Assembly: GCA_963696045.1 (NCBI GenBank) | Contig: CAVOIR010000012.1 | Location: 7,877 to 71,876, forward strand | DNA length: 64,000 nucleotides | Direction: 5' to 3' | Source of the DNA: an uncultured Chloroflexia bacterium | GTDB taxonomy: Bacteria; Chloroflexota; Limnocylindria; Limnocylindrales; CSP1-4 | Part shown: one piece after another, positions 26,016 to 38,456 of the stretch | Layout: each line of letters begins with the position of its first letter | Position numbering within the stretch: position 1 is the stretch's first letter | Notes under the pieces: generated by a model | The model's database searches: none | What the model saw: only the letters and a program-made list of their open reading frames with translations | Told to the model about the DNA's origin: nothing | Position numbers and translations under genes: made by a program

Positions 26016-29000
26016 TCAGCCGTCGGCGAGCAGCCCACGCGCCTCGACCAGGTCGGGCGAATCGAGACCCTCGGTGAGCGTGGTGTAGACCTCGCGAAGC
26101 CGGTCGAGCCGCTCTGCCCGGAAAGCCGCCGGTGCATCGTCGAGTCGGCACAGGCGTATGGCGGCGCGCAGCTCCGAAGTCGCGGCGCCCCAGCCGTGGG
26201 CCGCCCGCATGGCGGCCTCGTAGGCGGCCGCGGCGGCGCCGGCGTCGCCAGCATCGCGCAGGAGGTCGCCGTGCACCACGTGCAGGTCGGGCATGTAGGG
26301 GGCGATCGCCGAGGCCCTCGGTCACGGATGCGAGCCCGTCGGCGATCTCGCCGGCCCTGCGGCAGGCCTCGGCACGGAGCTGCAGCAGGAATGGCCAGAA
26401 GACCGGTGGCGTCCGCAGGCCGCGGTAGCGATCGAGGCCCTCCGTGACCCAGCGCAGGCCCTCGTCGCCGATGCCCAGCGCCACGGCCGCACAGCCCAGC
26501 GATGACCGTCCCGGTGGCGCTCCAGATGCGGAGCTCGTGCTCGTCGGCGAGCTCGATGACCCGGACGGCGAGCTCTCGAGCCTCGTCAGGCTCGCCTCGC
26601 CACAGCCGCAGGAGCGCTGCATGGAAGAGGGCGTAGCCGCTCGTGGAGGGATGGTCGAGCTGCGTCGCCAGCTCGATGGCCTGGAGCGGACCGCTCGCGC
26701 GAGGTGTCGATGCGGCCCTGCCACCAGAGCAGGAGCGAGAGCGCCGTGAGCGTACGAGACCCTCGTGTCAGGGCCGAGGCGGTAGTGGCGAGGGCTGGTA
26801 CGGGTGCGCCTCGGACCAGGCCACGCCGGCCTCCAGCATCGGGAGGCCGTCCTCGATGCGTCCCGTGAAGCTCGTCCCGGTGCCGACGAAGAGATGGCCC
26901 TCGACCCGCATCGCGGGGTCGCCTGTGCGCTCGGCGATGGCGAGGATCTGGCGGCCGGTCTCGACCGCACGTGCGTGGTCGTTGCGGAAGCTGTAGAGCG
27001 AGGCCAGGCTGCGGAGGACCGGGTACACCTGGGGCACGTCCGAACCGTCGAGCGAGCCGAGCAGCCGCTCGTAGGCGGCCTCGACCTCATCGGTGTAGCC
27101 CTCCAGGGCCGTCAGGGCGCGGGCCTGGTCGCTGCGCAGCGTCACCGTGAGGACGTCGCGATCGGGTGACGGTGCGAGGGATTCGACCACCCCGAGGGCG
27201 TCGTCCGCCAGGCCCGCGAGCGCGCGGTACCAGCCTCGCGCGTCGTAGAGGCGCTCGAGGCCGCTGAGCAGGGCCTCCATCAGCGGCACGTCGCGCTCCG
27301 CGAGGCCGCAGCGCCAGGCCGAGCGCAGGTTCTCGACCTCGTCGGAGAGCTCTCGAGCGCCTCGGCACGGTCCGGACCACCCAGCGGAGGCCGTGCGCTC
27401 GGCCGTCCACCGCCCGAAGTAGCGGGCGTGGGCGGCGCGGGCTCGCGCGCCAGCTCGGGTCGGGCTCGAGCTGCTCGAGGGCGTACTCGCGGACCGACTC
27501 GAGCATCTCGAAGCGCGGCGTCCCCTCGTCGCGGTCGACCTGCCGCAGGAGGCTCTTGTCGGACGAGCGAGACGAGGCCGTCGACGGCATCGACGGCGGG
27601 CAGCGCGGCGCCGAGGTCGGCGACGACGGCCTCGACCGCCTCGATGTCGGCGCCCGAGAAGCAGGCCAGGACGGTGAGCAGGCGCTGCTCTGCGGACGGC
27701 AGGAGCTGGTAGCTCCAGTCGATCGTGGCCCGCAGGGTCTGCTGCCGCTCGGGCAGGTCGCGCGGGCCGCTGCCCAGGGCCCGCAGGCGGCTCCCCAGCC
27801 GCTCGCGGAGGGCCTCCAGCGAGAAGACCCGCAGGCGGGCCGCCGCCAGCTCGATGGCCAGCGGCAGGCCCTCGAGGCGCCGGCAGATGTCGGCCACGAG
27901 AGCCGCGTTGTCGTCGGTGACCCGGAACTCGGGCCTGACCGTCGCGGGCGCGCTCGACGAAGAGGAGGACGGCCTCGAAGCGTGCCGAGCTGCTCGGCCG
28001 ATGAGGCACCTGGCGTCGACGACGGGCACGCCCAGCGGCGGCACCACGAAGCACGTGCTCGCCGCGGACGTGGAGCGGCTCACGGCTGGTGACGAGCAAC
28101 GTCAGCTCGGGGCAGTCGGCCAGGAGCTGGAGCAGGGTCGTGGCGGCCGCGGTGACCTGCTCGACGTTGTCGAGGATGAGGAGCAGCTGGAGCGGGCGCA
28201 GGCGGGTGATGAGCTCATCGAGCTGGGCCTGCTCGCTGGCATCACGAAGACCGAGCTGGCGGGCGATCATCGATCAGGGCGGTGGCCGTGTCCCGGGCGG
28301 CCGAGAGGTCGACGAAGGCGGCACCTGACCTGTAGGAAGCCGCGACGTCCTGGGCGGCCCGCAGCGCCAGGCGCGTCTTGCCGATGCCTCCAGGCCCGGT
28401 CAGCGTCAGGAGGCGGACGCCGCGGTCGCCGAGGTGCTCGACGAGCCGCGCCCGTTCGGCCTCGCGTCCCACGAAGGCCGACGGCTCGCCCGGCAGCGAT
28501 CCCGATGCGTGCATCCGCGGTCGCCAAGGGCATGAAGGTCGCCGGCATCGACGGGTAGTCGAGCTGGTAGAGCCGCTCAGGCCGGGCCAGGTCCTTGAGG
28601 AGGTGCTCACCCAGGTCACGCAGGTCGGTCCCTGGCGGCAGCTGGTCCATCACCAGCGCCGCCGTGGGGCCGGACAGGAGGACCTGCCCGCCGTGACCGG
28701 CGGCCATGATGCGCGCGGCGCGGTTCACGGCCGGGCCGTGGATAGTCCGACCCGTCACCGCGTGCCCTCCCCGACGTGGAGACCCATGCGCACCCGGAGG
28801 GGACCGGTCCCTTCCCAGTCGCGCGCGGCGAGGCCGAGCTGCGCCGCGAGGCAGGCCTCCACCCCGTCGCGGGCCGTCTCGAAGACGGCCATGATGCCGT
28901 CGCCCGTCGTCTTGACGACCTCGCCTCGGGCAGCGGCCACGGCCTCGGCGAGGATGCGATCGTGCTCCGCGAGCGCGACGCGCATGGCCTCGGGGTGGCG

Positions 29001-29087
29001 CTCCCAGAGGCGGGTGCTGCCTTCCACGTCGGTGAAGAGGAAGGCCAGCGTTCGGGTGGACGTCAGGAGGCTCTGCTCGATGGACAT
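26016..29087 (-). CDS. Class III cyclase + STAND/NB-ARC ATPase + TPR protein, frameshifted
   Basis: LFTDVEGST, VKTTGDG, GPAVNRAARI, GPGGIGKTRLA, LLILDNVEQV, LEGLPLAIELAAAR, RFEMLESVREYA. Confidence 0.85.
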
Positions 29088-29193
29088 GCTTCCGATGGGC
29101 TGGACCCTGACCGAGGGGACGGCTGCGGGACGGTCGCCGCGCGGGAGATGGTAGCGGCCTACCGGAACGGCTGGGTGCTACCGTGGCGCCGGC

Positions 29194-30291
29194 ATGAAGC
29201 TGGTACCGCATTCACCGGGTTTCACGCTCACCGCGGATGCCTTCATGGAGCCCGGCGAACTCGTGGGCTTCAGCGTCGGCCAGCACCTGGTCACGGTCTT
29301 CGACCACTTCCACGACTTCTACGAACTGGCGCTCGTCCTCCAGGGAGAAGGCCAGCATGTCACCTCGTCGGGTAGCCGATCGGTCAGGCGCGGCAGTGTC
29401 GTCTTCATCGTCCCAGGGGCCAGCCACGGCTGGGAACGGTGCGAGGGTCTCGTCGTCTACAACTGCTTCGTGCGCAGCGAAGCCGCTCGCTTCGACATCT
29501 CATGGGCTCAGCGAGATCCGCGTCTCAGCATCCTGTTCGCGCCAGCCGGGGTACCCGGCCAGCCGATCGAGTTCGATCTGACCGAAGAAGCCCTGAGCGA
29601 ATGCCACTCGCACCTCGAGGCGATCCGTCTTCGAGCCGCCCACGAGCGCAGCGAGGCGTTCGACCTCGGCCACCTGCTCCTGGCCCTCGACGTCCTGGCC
29701 CGGCACCTCGGTCCTGACGAGGTCGGCTCCGGCGTGGCCAGCCCGGCGGCCCCGGCGGTCGTCCGCGCGGCCGTCCGACTGCTCGAGGAAGACCTTCGCC
29801 GCCACTGGACGCTCGACGCGCTAGCCAGCGAGCTCTGCGTCGGCGTCTTCTACCTCGTGCGGCTGTTCAAGCACTGGGTGGGCATGCCGCCGGTCGCGTA
29901 CGCCAACCAGCGGCGAGCCGAGCGCGCGGCTGTCCTGCTGGCTTCGACCGACGACTCGGTCGCCGCCATCGGTGCCGAGGTCGGGTGGCCCGACCCGTCC
30001 CAGTTCGCCCGCCGCTTCCGCCAAGCGCACGGCCGCGGGCCGCGGGCCTACCGTGCCAGCAGCCGCGCCCGGCGGGGGCAGCCTGCACCGGTACCGCCCG
30101 TCGCGTCCGCTCCCGGCCGGCCCTCAGGCGCCGCGACCCAGCGATCCGTTGGCGATGCGGCCGTCGTCGGACGCCGGGGGGCTGGACGTCTTGGCTCGGA
30201 CCACGTGAGCGGCACTGACCGAGATCTCGTGGCGACCAGGTCCCAGGGTCGTCGGGCCGGGCACCGTCATGCCATCGACGACGACGACTGA
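29194..30291 (+). CDS. AraC-family regulator (RhaR/RhaS-like; cupin + HTH); true 3' end may be shorter
   Basis: HFHDFYELALVLQGEG; HWTLDALASEL...YLVRLFK; IGAEVGWPDPSQFARRFR. Confidence 0.9.
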   Translation: MKLVPHSPGFTLTADAFMEPGELVGFSVGQHLVTVFDHFHDFYELALVLQGEGQHVTSSGSRSVRRGSVVFIVPGASHGWERCEGLVVYNCFVRSEAARFDISWAQRDPRLSILFAPAGVPGQPIEFDLTEEALSECHSHLEAIRLRAAHERSEAFDLGHLLLALDVLARHLGPDEVGSGVASPAAPAVVRAAVRLLEEDLRRHWTLDALASELCVGVFYLVRLFKHWVGMPPVAYANQRRAERAAVLLASTDDSVAAIGAEVGWPDPSQFARRFRQAHGRGPRAYRASSRARRGQPAPVPPVASAPGRPSGAATQRSVGDAAVVGRRGAGRLGSDHVSGTDRDLVATRSQGRRAGHRHAIDDDD

Positions 30292-32870
30292 GGGATCAGT
30301 CGCCGGCGGAAGGAACGTGGCGGTGGTCCCGAATGGCAGCTCGACTTCTGCGCTGAAGTGGCGCGCTTCGTCGACCTGCCACCGAGCGGCGATGCGCCCG
30401 TACGGGCTCTCGATCGCGGCGCTGACCCGGTCGATGCCGACGACCGGTCGCGGCGCCATGACCACGTGCCGATACCCCGGCCGGGCTACGGTCCGGTGCC
30501 AGACCTGCCACATGGCGATAGACCCAGTCGATGACGGCGCCGTACGCGTAGTGGTTGAACGAGAGCATGTGAGGCTCATCGCCTTCGGGACGCTCCGCCA
30601 TCTCGGGAGGGGTGCTCATCGTGCCCGGGTGGATGGAGCCGTCCGGCCGGATGGCGTCCCAGCGCTCCCAGACGGTGGTGGCACCCTGCCGCACCTGGTA
30701 GAGCCAGGAGGGCACGTCCTCCCGTAGCAGCATGAGGTACGCCTCCTCCCAGCGGCCGGCGTCGGCCAGGGCCGGCAGCACGAGCGGCGTACCCAGGAAG
30801 CCGGTGCGCACCCGGCCATCCGACTCGCGCACCAGGGCGGCAAGCGCCTCGGCGACCGCTTCCCGCTCGCTCTCGGGGGCGATCCCCAGGCAAAGCGCGA
30901 CGGCGCAGCCGGTCTGCGTGGTCACAGCGTGGTCGGCCCAGCGCTTCCACGTGGTGTCGCGCACGCGCGTGGCGAGCGCGCGTGCATCGGCGGCCCAGGC
31001 TCCCTCGCCGCAGAGCGTCCGCCGCGTCCGCGGCGAGGCCGGCGCTGAGGACGAGGAAGGCGTTGGCGAGGTACTCCGAGTCGGCCTTGGCTTCCCAGGG
31101 TCGCGCGACGGGAGCATCCGGGTCGAGCCAGTCTCCGAACTGCATGCCCGATGGCGCGAGGAGACCGTCAGGTCCGAGCCTGGAGCGCAGCGAGTCCACG
31201 TGTCGCTGCATCGACCCGAGCTGATCGCGCAGGATCCGGTCGTCGCCGTATGACTCGTACACGGCCCACGGCACGATCGTGGCAGCGTCAGCCCAGCCGG
31301 CCCGCCCGAAGCGCGCCTCGCCATCGATGACGACGTCGGGGACCACGGATGGCACGCCGAGACGATCGTCCTGGTCCAGCGCGAGGTCGCGCAGCCATGA
31401 CGCCCAGAAGGCACGAGCGTCGAAGAGCGTGGAGCCCGTGGCCGCGAATGCCTGGGCGTCGCCGGTCCAGCCCAGGCGCTCGTCGCGCTGGGGGCAGTCG
31501 GTGGGCACCGAGACGAAGTTGTCGCGCTGCGACCAGACGACGTTCTCGTGGAATCGGTCGAGCAGGGCGTGGCTGCTGCTGAACCAGGCCCGCTGAGGCG
31601 TGTCACTGCTGATGGCCACGAACGTGGCATCGAGGACCTCGGCCTCCGTCACCACCTCCGCGTAGCGGAAGCCGTGGAAGGTCAGGCGCGGCTCGAGGAT
31701 CGTCTCCTCGTCGTCGGCGAGGACGTACGTGTCGGTGGCCCGCGCCGAGCGCAGCGACACCGTGTGCAGCGAGCCGTCAGCCTCCAGGACCTCGGCGTGG
31801 CGGACGCTCACGCGCGCGTCCGCGCTGGCCCCGCACGCGGAGCCGGACGAAGCCGGCGATGTTCTGCCCGCCGTCGAGCTGGAGCGCGCCGTCGGGCCGG
31901 ACGTGTCGTCGCGGCGGCAGCTCAGCCACGATCCGCACAGGTGGCGCGATGCGCGGCTCCACGATGGAGCGGTCCCAGGACACGAGGCGGACGGGCCGCC
32001 AGCCGCGGGCGTCGAACCCCGGCCGGGTCCAGCCGGCCTGCTGCGCCCGGAGGTCGATGTCGCAGCCGTCGTAGAGGTCGGCCCGCCGGATCTCGCCCGT
32101 CGAGGCGTGCCACTCCCCGTCCGAGACGACCATGACGTGCGAACCGTCCGTGAGCTCGACCTCGAGCTGCGCCACCAGGCCGATCTCGTCGCCGTAGTGA
32201 CGACGGTCATCCCGGGGATCCCAGCCGATGCGTCCGCGATACCAGCCATCGCCGAGCACGGCGGCGATGACGTTCGCCCCTGGGCCGAGCAGCCCCGTGA
32301 CGTCGTGGGTCTCGTACAGGAGCCGATGTCGATACGTCGTCCAACCGGGCGAGAGGAGCGCGTCGCCGACGCGCTGCCCATTGATGAAGACCTCGTGGAG
32401 GCCCAGCGAGGTGACGTACAGGCGCGCGCGCGCGACGGGCCCCGGCAGCGTGAACTCCCGGCGCAGGAGCGGGGCGGGAGCCTGGGCTCGTGGCACCCGG
32501 GTCGTCCGGCAGCGTCACCGCCTCCGCGCGCCAGTTCTCGGGCCGCAAGAGGCCCGCCTCGACCCGCAGCACGGGGCTCCAGCCGGTCCACACGTCCGCG
32601 ACCCGGATGCGCACGCGGTAGAAGCGCACCTCGCGGCTCCAGAGCGGTCCACCGGGCGCCTCGACGGCGACCTGGTCATCGCCAGGCGTCGGCCCGGTCG
32701 AGTGGCTCACGCGCTCGAAGTCGGCCCGGTCCGAGACCTCGATCTCGGTACGCCTCCTGGCGAGCGTCGGGAAGGGCCGGCGCGACCTGCCATGTCAGGC
32801 GGACAGGCTCACGACCGATGACGGCGACGCCATCGGGGAGCTGGCAGCGAAGGTCGACGATGGACGGCAT
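30124..32870 (-). CDS. Alpha-L-rhamnosidase (GH78), frameshifted
   Basis: APLLRREF, SPGWTTY, LGDGWYRG, TFHGFRY, PTDCPQRDERLGWTGD, TGFLG, GATTVWERWD, SFNHYAYG. Confidence 0.92.
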
Positions 32871-32891
32871 CTGGTGGTCCTCCGAGGCTGC

Positions 32892-33724
32892 TCAACCCTT
32901 GACCGCGCCCGTCGGTCATGCCCGAGACGATCTGGCGCTGGAAGAAGATGAACATGATCATCGGCGGGATGGTGATGAGCAGGACATCCGCGAAGAGCAG
33001 GTTCCAACGCGTGTTGAACTGGCTCTGGAAGTTGAAGAGCGTCAGCTGCACGGTCGCGTTCTCGTCGCCGGGCAGGAAGTAGAGCGGGTTGACGAAGTCG
33101 TTGTAGACGGTCACCGAGGCCACCACGATGACCGTGATGACGGCCGGGCGGAGGAGCGGGAAGATGACGCGCCGGAAGAGTGACCAGGGCGTCGCGCCAT
33201 CGATGATGGCGGCCTCGTCGAGCTCCCGCGGGATGGCGGTCATGAAGGTCCGGAAGATGAGCACCGCGAACGGCAGGATGAGCGCCACCTCCACGAGGAC
33301 CAGCCCGAGCAGCGACTTGAAGAGGCCCGTCCACTGCAGGACGTAGATGGTGGGCACGAGCGCGGGCGGCAGGATGAGGCCCAGCAGCAGCATGCCCGCG
33401 ACGAGCGAGCCGACCCGGTCCCGGCGGCGCTGCAGGACGAAGGCCACCATCGTGCCCACGATGACGATGAGGGCGACCGAGGCCACGGTCAGCACGATGC
33501 TGTTCTGGAAGGCCGTGAAGATCAGGCCGTCGCGCGTGTCGAGGACCTCCTGCAGGTTCTGCAGGAGCATCGAATTCGTCCGGCAGGCTGAACTCGAAGC
33601 GCGAGGCTGCCGCGCGGTCCTTGGCCGCCATGAGCAGCATGAAGACGAATGGCACGACGAACACGATGCCCACCACGGCGAGGCCGACGACGCCGACCGC
33701 CATGTCCCGCGTCCGCCTCCTCAC
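32892..33724 (-). CDS. Carbohydrate ABC permease
   Basis: IPRELDEAAIIDGA, FFQRQIVSGMT. Confidence 0.85.
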
Positions 33725-34599
33725 AGCTCGATCTCGCGTCGCGCGAAGAACCGCATCATGGGGACCACGAGCAGCAGGACGCCGATGAAGAGGATGACGT
33801 TGCCAGCCACCGAGAGGCCGTAGAAGCCAGCCTGGTACTGCTTGTAGATCGTGGACGTGATGACGTCCGTGGTGAAGCCCGGACCACCGCGCGTCATCGT
33901 CCAGATGAGGTCGAAGGTGCGCAGGCCGCCGATGAACGAGAGCAGGATGACGGTGAAGGTCGCGTTCCGGCTGAGCGGCACGATGACGTGCCGGAAGCGC
34001 GTCCAGGCGCCGCCCTCCAGGCGGACGGCATCGTTGTACTCCTCGGGGATCGAGAGGATGCCCGCGATGAAGATGACGAGCGCGATGCCGATGCCCTTCC
34101 AGATGTCGACGATGGCGACCGACAGCAGCGCGATGCTCGGGTCGGTGAGCCAGGACGGCCCATCGATGCCGACCGCCGCGAGCGTCTCATTGATGAGGCC
34201 CTTGCCCGGATGCATGAGCACGGCGAAGGTGATGCCCACCGCGACGGTGCTGACCAGCACCGGGAAGAAGATGAGCGAGCGGATGAGGTTCCGGAACCAC
34301 ATCGACGAGGTCAGGAGCGTCGCCAGCAGCAGGCCGCAGACGACCTTGAGGCCGCTCGTGAGCACCGCATAGATGAGCGTGTTGCGCACGCCGTTCACGA
34401 GCGCCGGCTCACGCGAGAACTGGGCGAAGTTGTCGAGGCCGATGAACTCGATGTCGAAGAGCGTCCAGCGCGTCAGGCTGAATCCGAAAGCGAGGACCGT
34501 CGGCAGGACGAACAGGACGCCGAAGATGATGGCAGCGGGCAGGTAGAACCAGTACGGATAGGTGCGTCGGATGGACGCCGGCAACACGGCCCGGCGCAC
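33721..34599 (-). CDS. Carbohydrate ABC permease
   Basis: YPYWFYLPAA, IGLDNF, LRTFDLIWTMTRGGPG. Confidence 0.88.
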   Translation of the reverse strand: MRRAVLPASIRRTYPYWFYLPAAIIFGVLFVLPTVLAFGFSLTRWTLFDIEFIGLDNFAQFSREPALVNGVRNTLIYAVLTSGLKVVCGLLLATLLTSSMWFRNLIRSLIFFPVLVSTVAVGITFAVLMHPGKGLINETLAAVGIDGPSWLTDPSIALLSVAIVDIWKGIGIALVIFIAGILSIPEEYNDAVRLEGGAWTRFRHVIVPLSRNATFTVILLSFIGGLRTFDLIWTMTRGGPGFTTDVITSTIYKQYQAGFYGLSVAGNVILFIGVLLLVVPMMRFFARREIEL

Positions 34600-34633
34600 G
34601 TTCGTCCTCGTCGCCCCCGGACGGCGGAGATGG

Positions 34634-34663
34634 ACCAGGGGTCGGCGGCGACCGACCCCTGGT
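34634..34663 (-). terminator. Perfect 12-bp hairpin after SBP gene
   Basis: ACCAGGGGTCGG-cggcga-CCGACCCCTGGT. Confidence 0.6.
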
Positions 34664-34687
34664 GAGCTTGCTACCAAGCGCGACGGA

Positions 34688-35985
34688 TCACCAGCCCGGA
34701 AGGCCGAGCTGCTGCGCCTGCTTCTCCACGTCCTGGTCGTACAGCGCCGCGCCATCCTCGGCGGAGCGCAGGCCGGAGCCGACCTCGACCGTGATCTGCT
34801 CCAGCGCGGGACCCTTGATGGGCGACACGAACTCGAGCGCCGGGGCAGCCTTGTTGGCGTCGAGGTAGGCCTGGATGTCGAGCACCGCCGGCAGCGCATC
34901 CTCCGGGAGGGTCGCGCCGTTGATGGGGTATGGCCCCGCCGGAGCGACGGCCGCGGTCTGGACTTCGGTGCCTTCGACCGAGGCGATGAAGGCCAGGAAG
35001 TCCTTGGCCACGTCGACGTTCTGGCTGGTATTCGGCGATGTAGGTGGCCGCGGGCATCCAGATGGTCGCCCCGTTCTGCGCCGGATCGTCACCGGGCTGC
35101 GCCATGAAGCCGATGTCGTTGATGGCGTCTGGGTGATTGGCCGCGATCGTGGAAAGCGCGAAGGTGAGCATCGGGTAATGCGCGATCTCGCCGGTGGCGA
35201 GCATGTTCAGCCCGTCATCGAAGACCGCAGAGCCGAAGTCCTCCTGGAACCAGCCCTTCTCGAAGGCCTCCTGCAGATGCTGGAAGCCGGCCAGCGCCGC
35301 CGGCGTCGTGGCGTACTTGATCTGGTTGTTCGTGTACTGGTCCGCGAAGTCAGGGATGGCTGCCTGGACGTTGTAGTAGTCGGCCAGCACGAACAGCTGG
35401 GACGTCCACGTGTCCTTGAACGTCGCACCGACTGGCGCGATGCCGGCCGCCTTGATGGCCTCGTTGTTGGCCGCGAACTCTTCCCACGTCGTGGGCACGG
35501 ACAGGCCGAGGTCGCTCATAGATCTTCTTGTTGTAGAGGATGCCGCCACCCATGGCAGTGCCCACCGGCACGCCGTAGATGCCGTCGCCCTGGGAGACGG
35601 TCGGCATGAACGAGTCGGCGATGTTCGCGATGAATGGCTCGCCCGAGAGGTCGACCAGCGTCTCGGCGGGGTTCAGCGCCTGGAGCAGCGACCCCGAGTT
35701 GTACCAGAAGATATCGGTCATCTCGCCGGTCGCCAGCCGTGTCTTGACGATGTTGTCGCCGTCTGCGCCACCGGGTCGCGTCTCGATGGAGAAGGTCACG
35801 TTCGGATGCATGGCCGTGTAGGCATCGGCGAGGGCCTGTGCCGTGTCCAGCGTGTTCTGCGTGTCGTCCACGAGATAGGTGAGGGTGACCGGTTCGTCCT
35901 GCGCCACAGCCGCGGGGGCGAGCGACGCTCCCGAGAATGCCAGGAGCGCGGTGACGCCGATGGCGACCCGCTGTCTGCGATCCAT
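34688..35985 (-). CDS. Carbohydrate ABC substrate-binding protein
   Basis: Signal peptide ending AAVAQ; GDNIVKTRLATGEMTDIFWYNSG; ends KQAQQLGLPGW; GAGGAG RBS. Confidence 0.88.
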
Positions 35986-36120
35986 GAGCTCCTCCTCAGT
36001 ATCGTCTGCGTCATCGACCGAGGTCGGCCGGTCATGACCGACGGGCTGGACCGGAGCACAACGTCGAAGACCCGAGCCGTGCTCAGGATCCAAGCCATCG
36101 CGACATCCACTCGCGAGGCG

Positions 36121-36183
36121 AGCATAGGCACGCGGTTGGTCCAGGAATGGGCGGACCTTGCCACAAACTTGGCTGTTCTTGCT
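36121..36183 (-). promoter_or_regulatory. Putative promoter and AraC-type sites of the rhamnosidase ABC operon
   Basis: TATGCT -10 on the minus strand at 36121-36126; CTTG at 36157, 36168 and 36178 (about one helical turn apart). Confidence 0.3.
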
Positions 36184-36222
36184 CCTCTCTCGTCACCCGA
36201 GTGGTCGGTCCGCAGGCACTGA

Positions 36223-37168
36223 TCAACGTCCCTCGAGGAGCGGCTTCACCTCGCCGATGAGGCGCTCGAAGGTCTCGCGGTCGAAGGGCGCGAGCTCCTC
36301 GATCGTGAAGGTCCGGAAGCCGAGGTCGGCGAAGTCCGCCAGCCGTTCCGCGATCTCCTCGACCGTGCCCGCCCAGAAGCTCTCCTCTTCGGCGCCGGGA
36401 GCGAATGCGTTGGCCGCGAGCTGCGCGTCGAGGACGGCCTGCGCGTCGGCCGTGCGGTCCCGGATGACGATCTTGCAGTTGTAGGTCAGCTCGATCTCGG
36501 CCGGGTCGCGGCCCACGTCGGCGCAGTGGGCGTGCAGGACCTCGAGCTTGCGGGGGATGTCACGCAGCGGCGCCTGTGCGTTCCACATGTCGGCGTGCCG
36601 GGCGACGCTGCGGAGCGTCTTCTTCTCGCCGCCGCCGCCGACCATGATGGGCATGCGCGCCTGGATCGGCGGCGGGGCCAGCCGCAGGCGGTCGGTCCGG
36701 TAGCGCGGGCCCGCGTGCGTCACCTCCTCGCCGTGCAGCAGCGGGCGGATGACCTGGAGGGCCTCCTCGAGCCAGTCGAGACGCTCACCGAAGCCGCTCC
36801 CGAACTCGATGCCCGAAGGCGGCGTGCTCGCGAACGTGCCAGCCGCCGCCGAGCCCGAGGATGGCCCGACCGCCGCTGATGTGGTCGATGGTGGCCATCG
36901 TCTTGGCCACGACGGCTGGGTTGCGGAAGGTGTTGGCACCGACGAGGAGGCCCGAGCCTCGCGCTGCGCTCGTGACGGCCGCCCAGGCGGCCAGGCTCGT
37001 GTAGCCCTCGAAGACGGGCCGGTCCGGGTCGCCCACGGCCGAGACGAGGTGGTCCCACGTCCAGAGGTGGTCGTAGCCGAGCTCGTCGACCCGACGCGCT
37101 GCCGCCAGGTACGAGGGCCAGTCGGTGTTCTGGGCCCACAGCTGGATCCCCAGTCCGATCTTGGGCAT
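36223..37168 (-). CDS. LLM-class (luciferase-like, probably F420-dependent) oxidoreductase
   Basis: LGYDHLWTWDH, RNPAVVAK, DHISGGRAILGLG, VGGGGEKKTLR. Confidence 0.88.
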
Positions 37169-37319
37169 CGCGCACCTCCGTCCTTCATGTCGTGCATCCG
37201 CGGTCACGGAACGGGCCGAACGTCCAGGTCCCGCGTCGTGCAGCATGCCGCATGGAGCGGCGCATGCGCTGTCACGAGCGGCGCGGTCAGCCGCGCGCCC
37301 CGCTGGCGACGGGCTTGGA

Positions 37320-38456
37320 TCAGCGCCGCCGCGGTGGCGGGGCGGTCGAGGCACGAACGACGAGCGTCGGATCGAAGACGGTCCGAGCGGGCGGAAGCGA
37401 GGTCGCGGGATCGCGTGCCAGCCGGACGGCCATGCGCACGGCCTCGGTCACCATCTCGGCCGTGGGCATCCGAAGGGTCGTCAGGGCGGGGATGGTGTAC
37501 GCCGCGAGCATGAGGTCGTCGTAGCCGATGACCGACAGGTCGCCCGGGACCGTGACGCCGCGCGCGAAGGCGTCGTGCAGGACGCCGACAGCGGCAAGGT
37601 CCGTCGAGCAGGCGATGGCGGTCGGTGGCTGCGGGAGGCCGAGAAGGGCGTCCAGCGCCGAGGCGGCGCCCGCCAGTGCGTCCCGTCACAACGCTGGAGG
37701 TAGCCGTCCGGGACGCCCTCGAGCCGTTCGCTCATGAAGGAGGCGTAGGACTCCTCGCGCGTCGGATTGTCGCCGGGCAGGCGGGCGCTCACGAAACCGA
37801 TGCGCTCATGTCCGAGCTGCGAGCAGGTGCTCCAAGCCGATCGTGATGCCCTTGCGGTCGTCCACGTCGACGGTGGGGAAGCGGATCTGGCTGGTGCCCT
37901 GCCAGAGCGCTACGACCGGCTGCTTCGCCTCGACCAGAATCGGTCGACGAGCTGCGGCTGGTCGTCCATGACCCCCAGCATCAGCACGGCATCGCAGCGG
38001 CGCGGTTCGAGGACGGCCGGAAGCGCCACCCGCCCATCCTGCCCCGCCTGGACGCGCCCGAGGAGCACGTTGTAGCCCTCGGCCATGGCCTCGACCGCGA
38101 GGGCCTCGAGGGCGCCCGCGAAGAAGGGGTCGCTGAAATCGCGCACGACAGCGCCCAGCACCATCGTGGGTGCCCCCCGCAGCACTCGGGCGAAGGGATT
38201 GGGCCGATAGCCGAGGCGCAGCGCCATGGCGAGGATGCGCTCCCGAGTCTCCAGCGCGATGGGCACTCGCGAGGGAGACTCGTTCAACACGCGCGACACG
38301 GTGCTGAGCGACACGCCCGATGCCTGGGCGATGTCTCGCATCGTCACGACGGTCCCGGACCCGCGGGCGGCCGCCCGGCCCGGCGGCTCCGGGGCGTCGA
38401 TGCCCAAGCCGACGCCAGTGTGCTCCGGGGCGACGGCGGGGCTTCTCAGTCGGCAT
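37320..38456 (-). CDS. LacI-family regulator, frameshifted; start may be nearer 38341
   Basis: TMRDIAQASGVSLSTVSRVLN, LGYRPNPFAR, VPGDLSVIGYDD, PALTTLR. Confidence 0.88.

Noticed and set aside
30124-30291. Convergent overlap of AraC and GH78 as a regulatory feature
   Set aside because: The AraC tail after the HTH is low-complexity and may be read-through caused by an indel.
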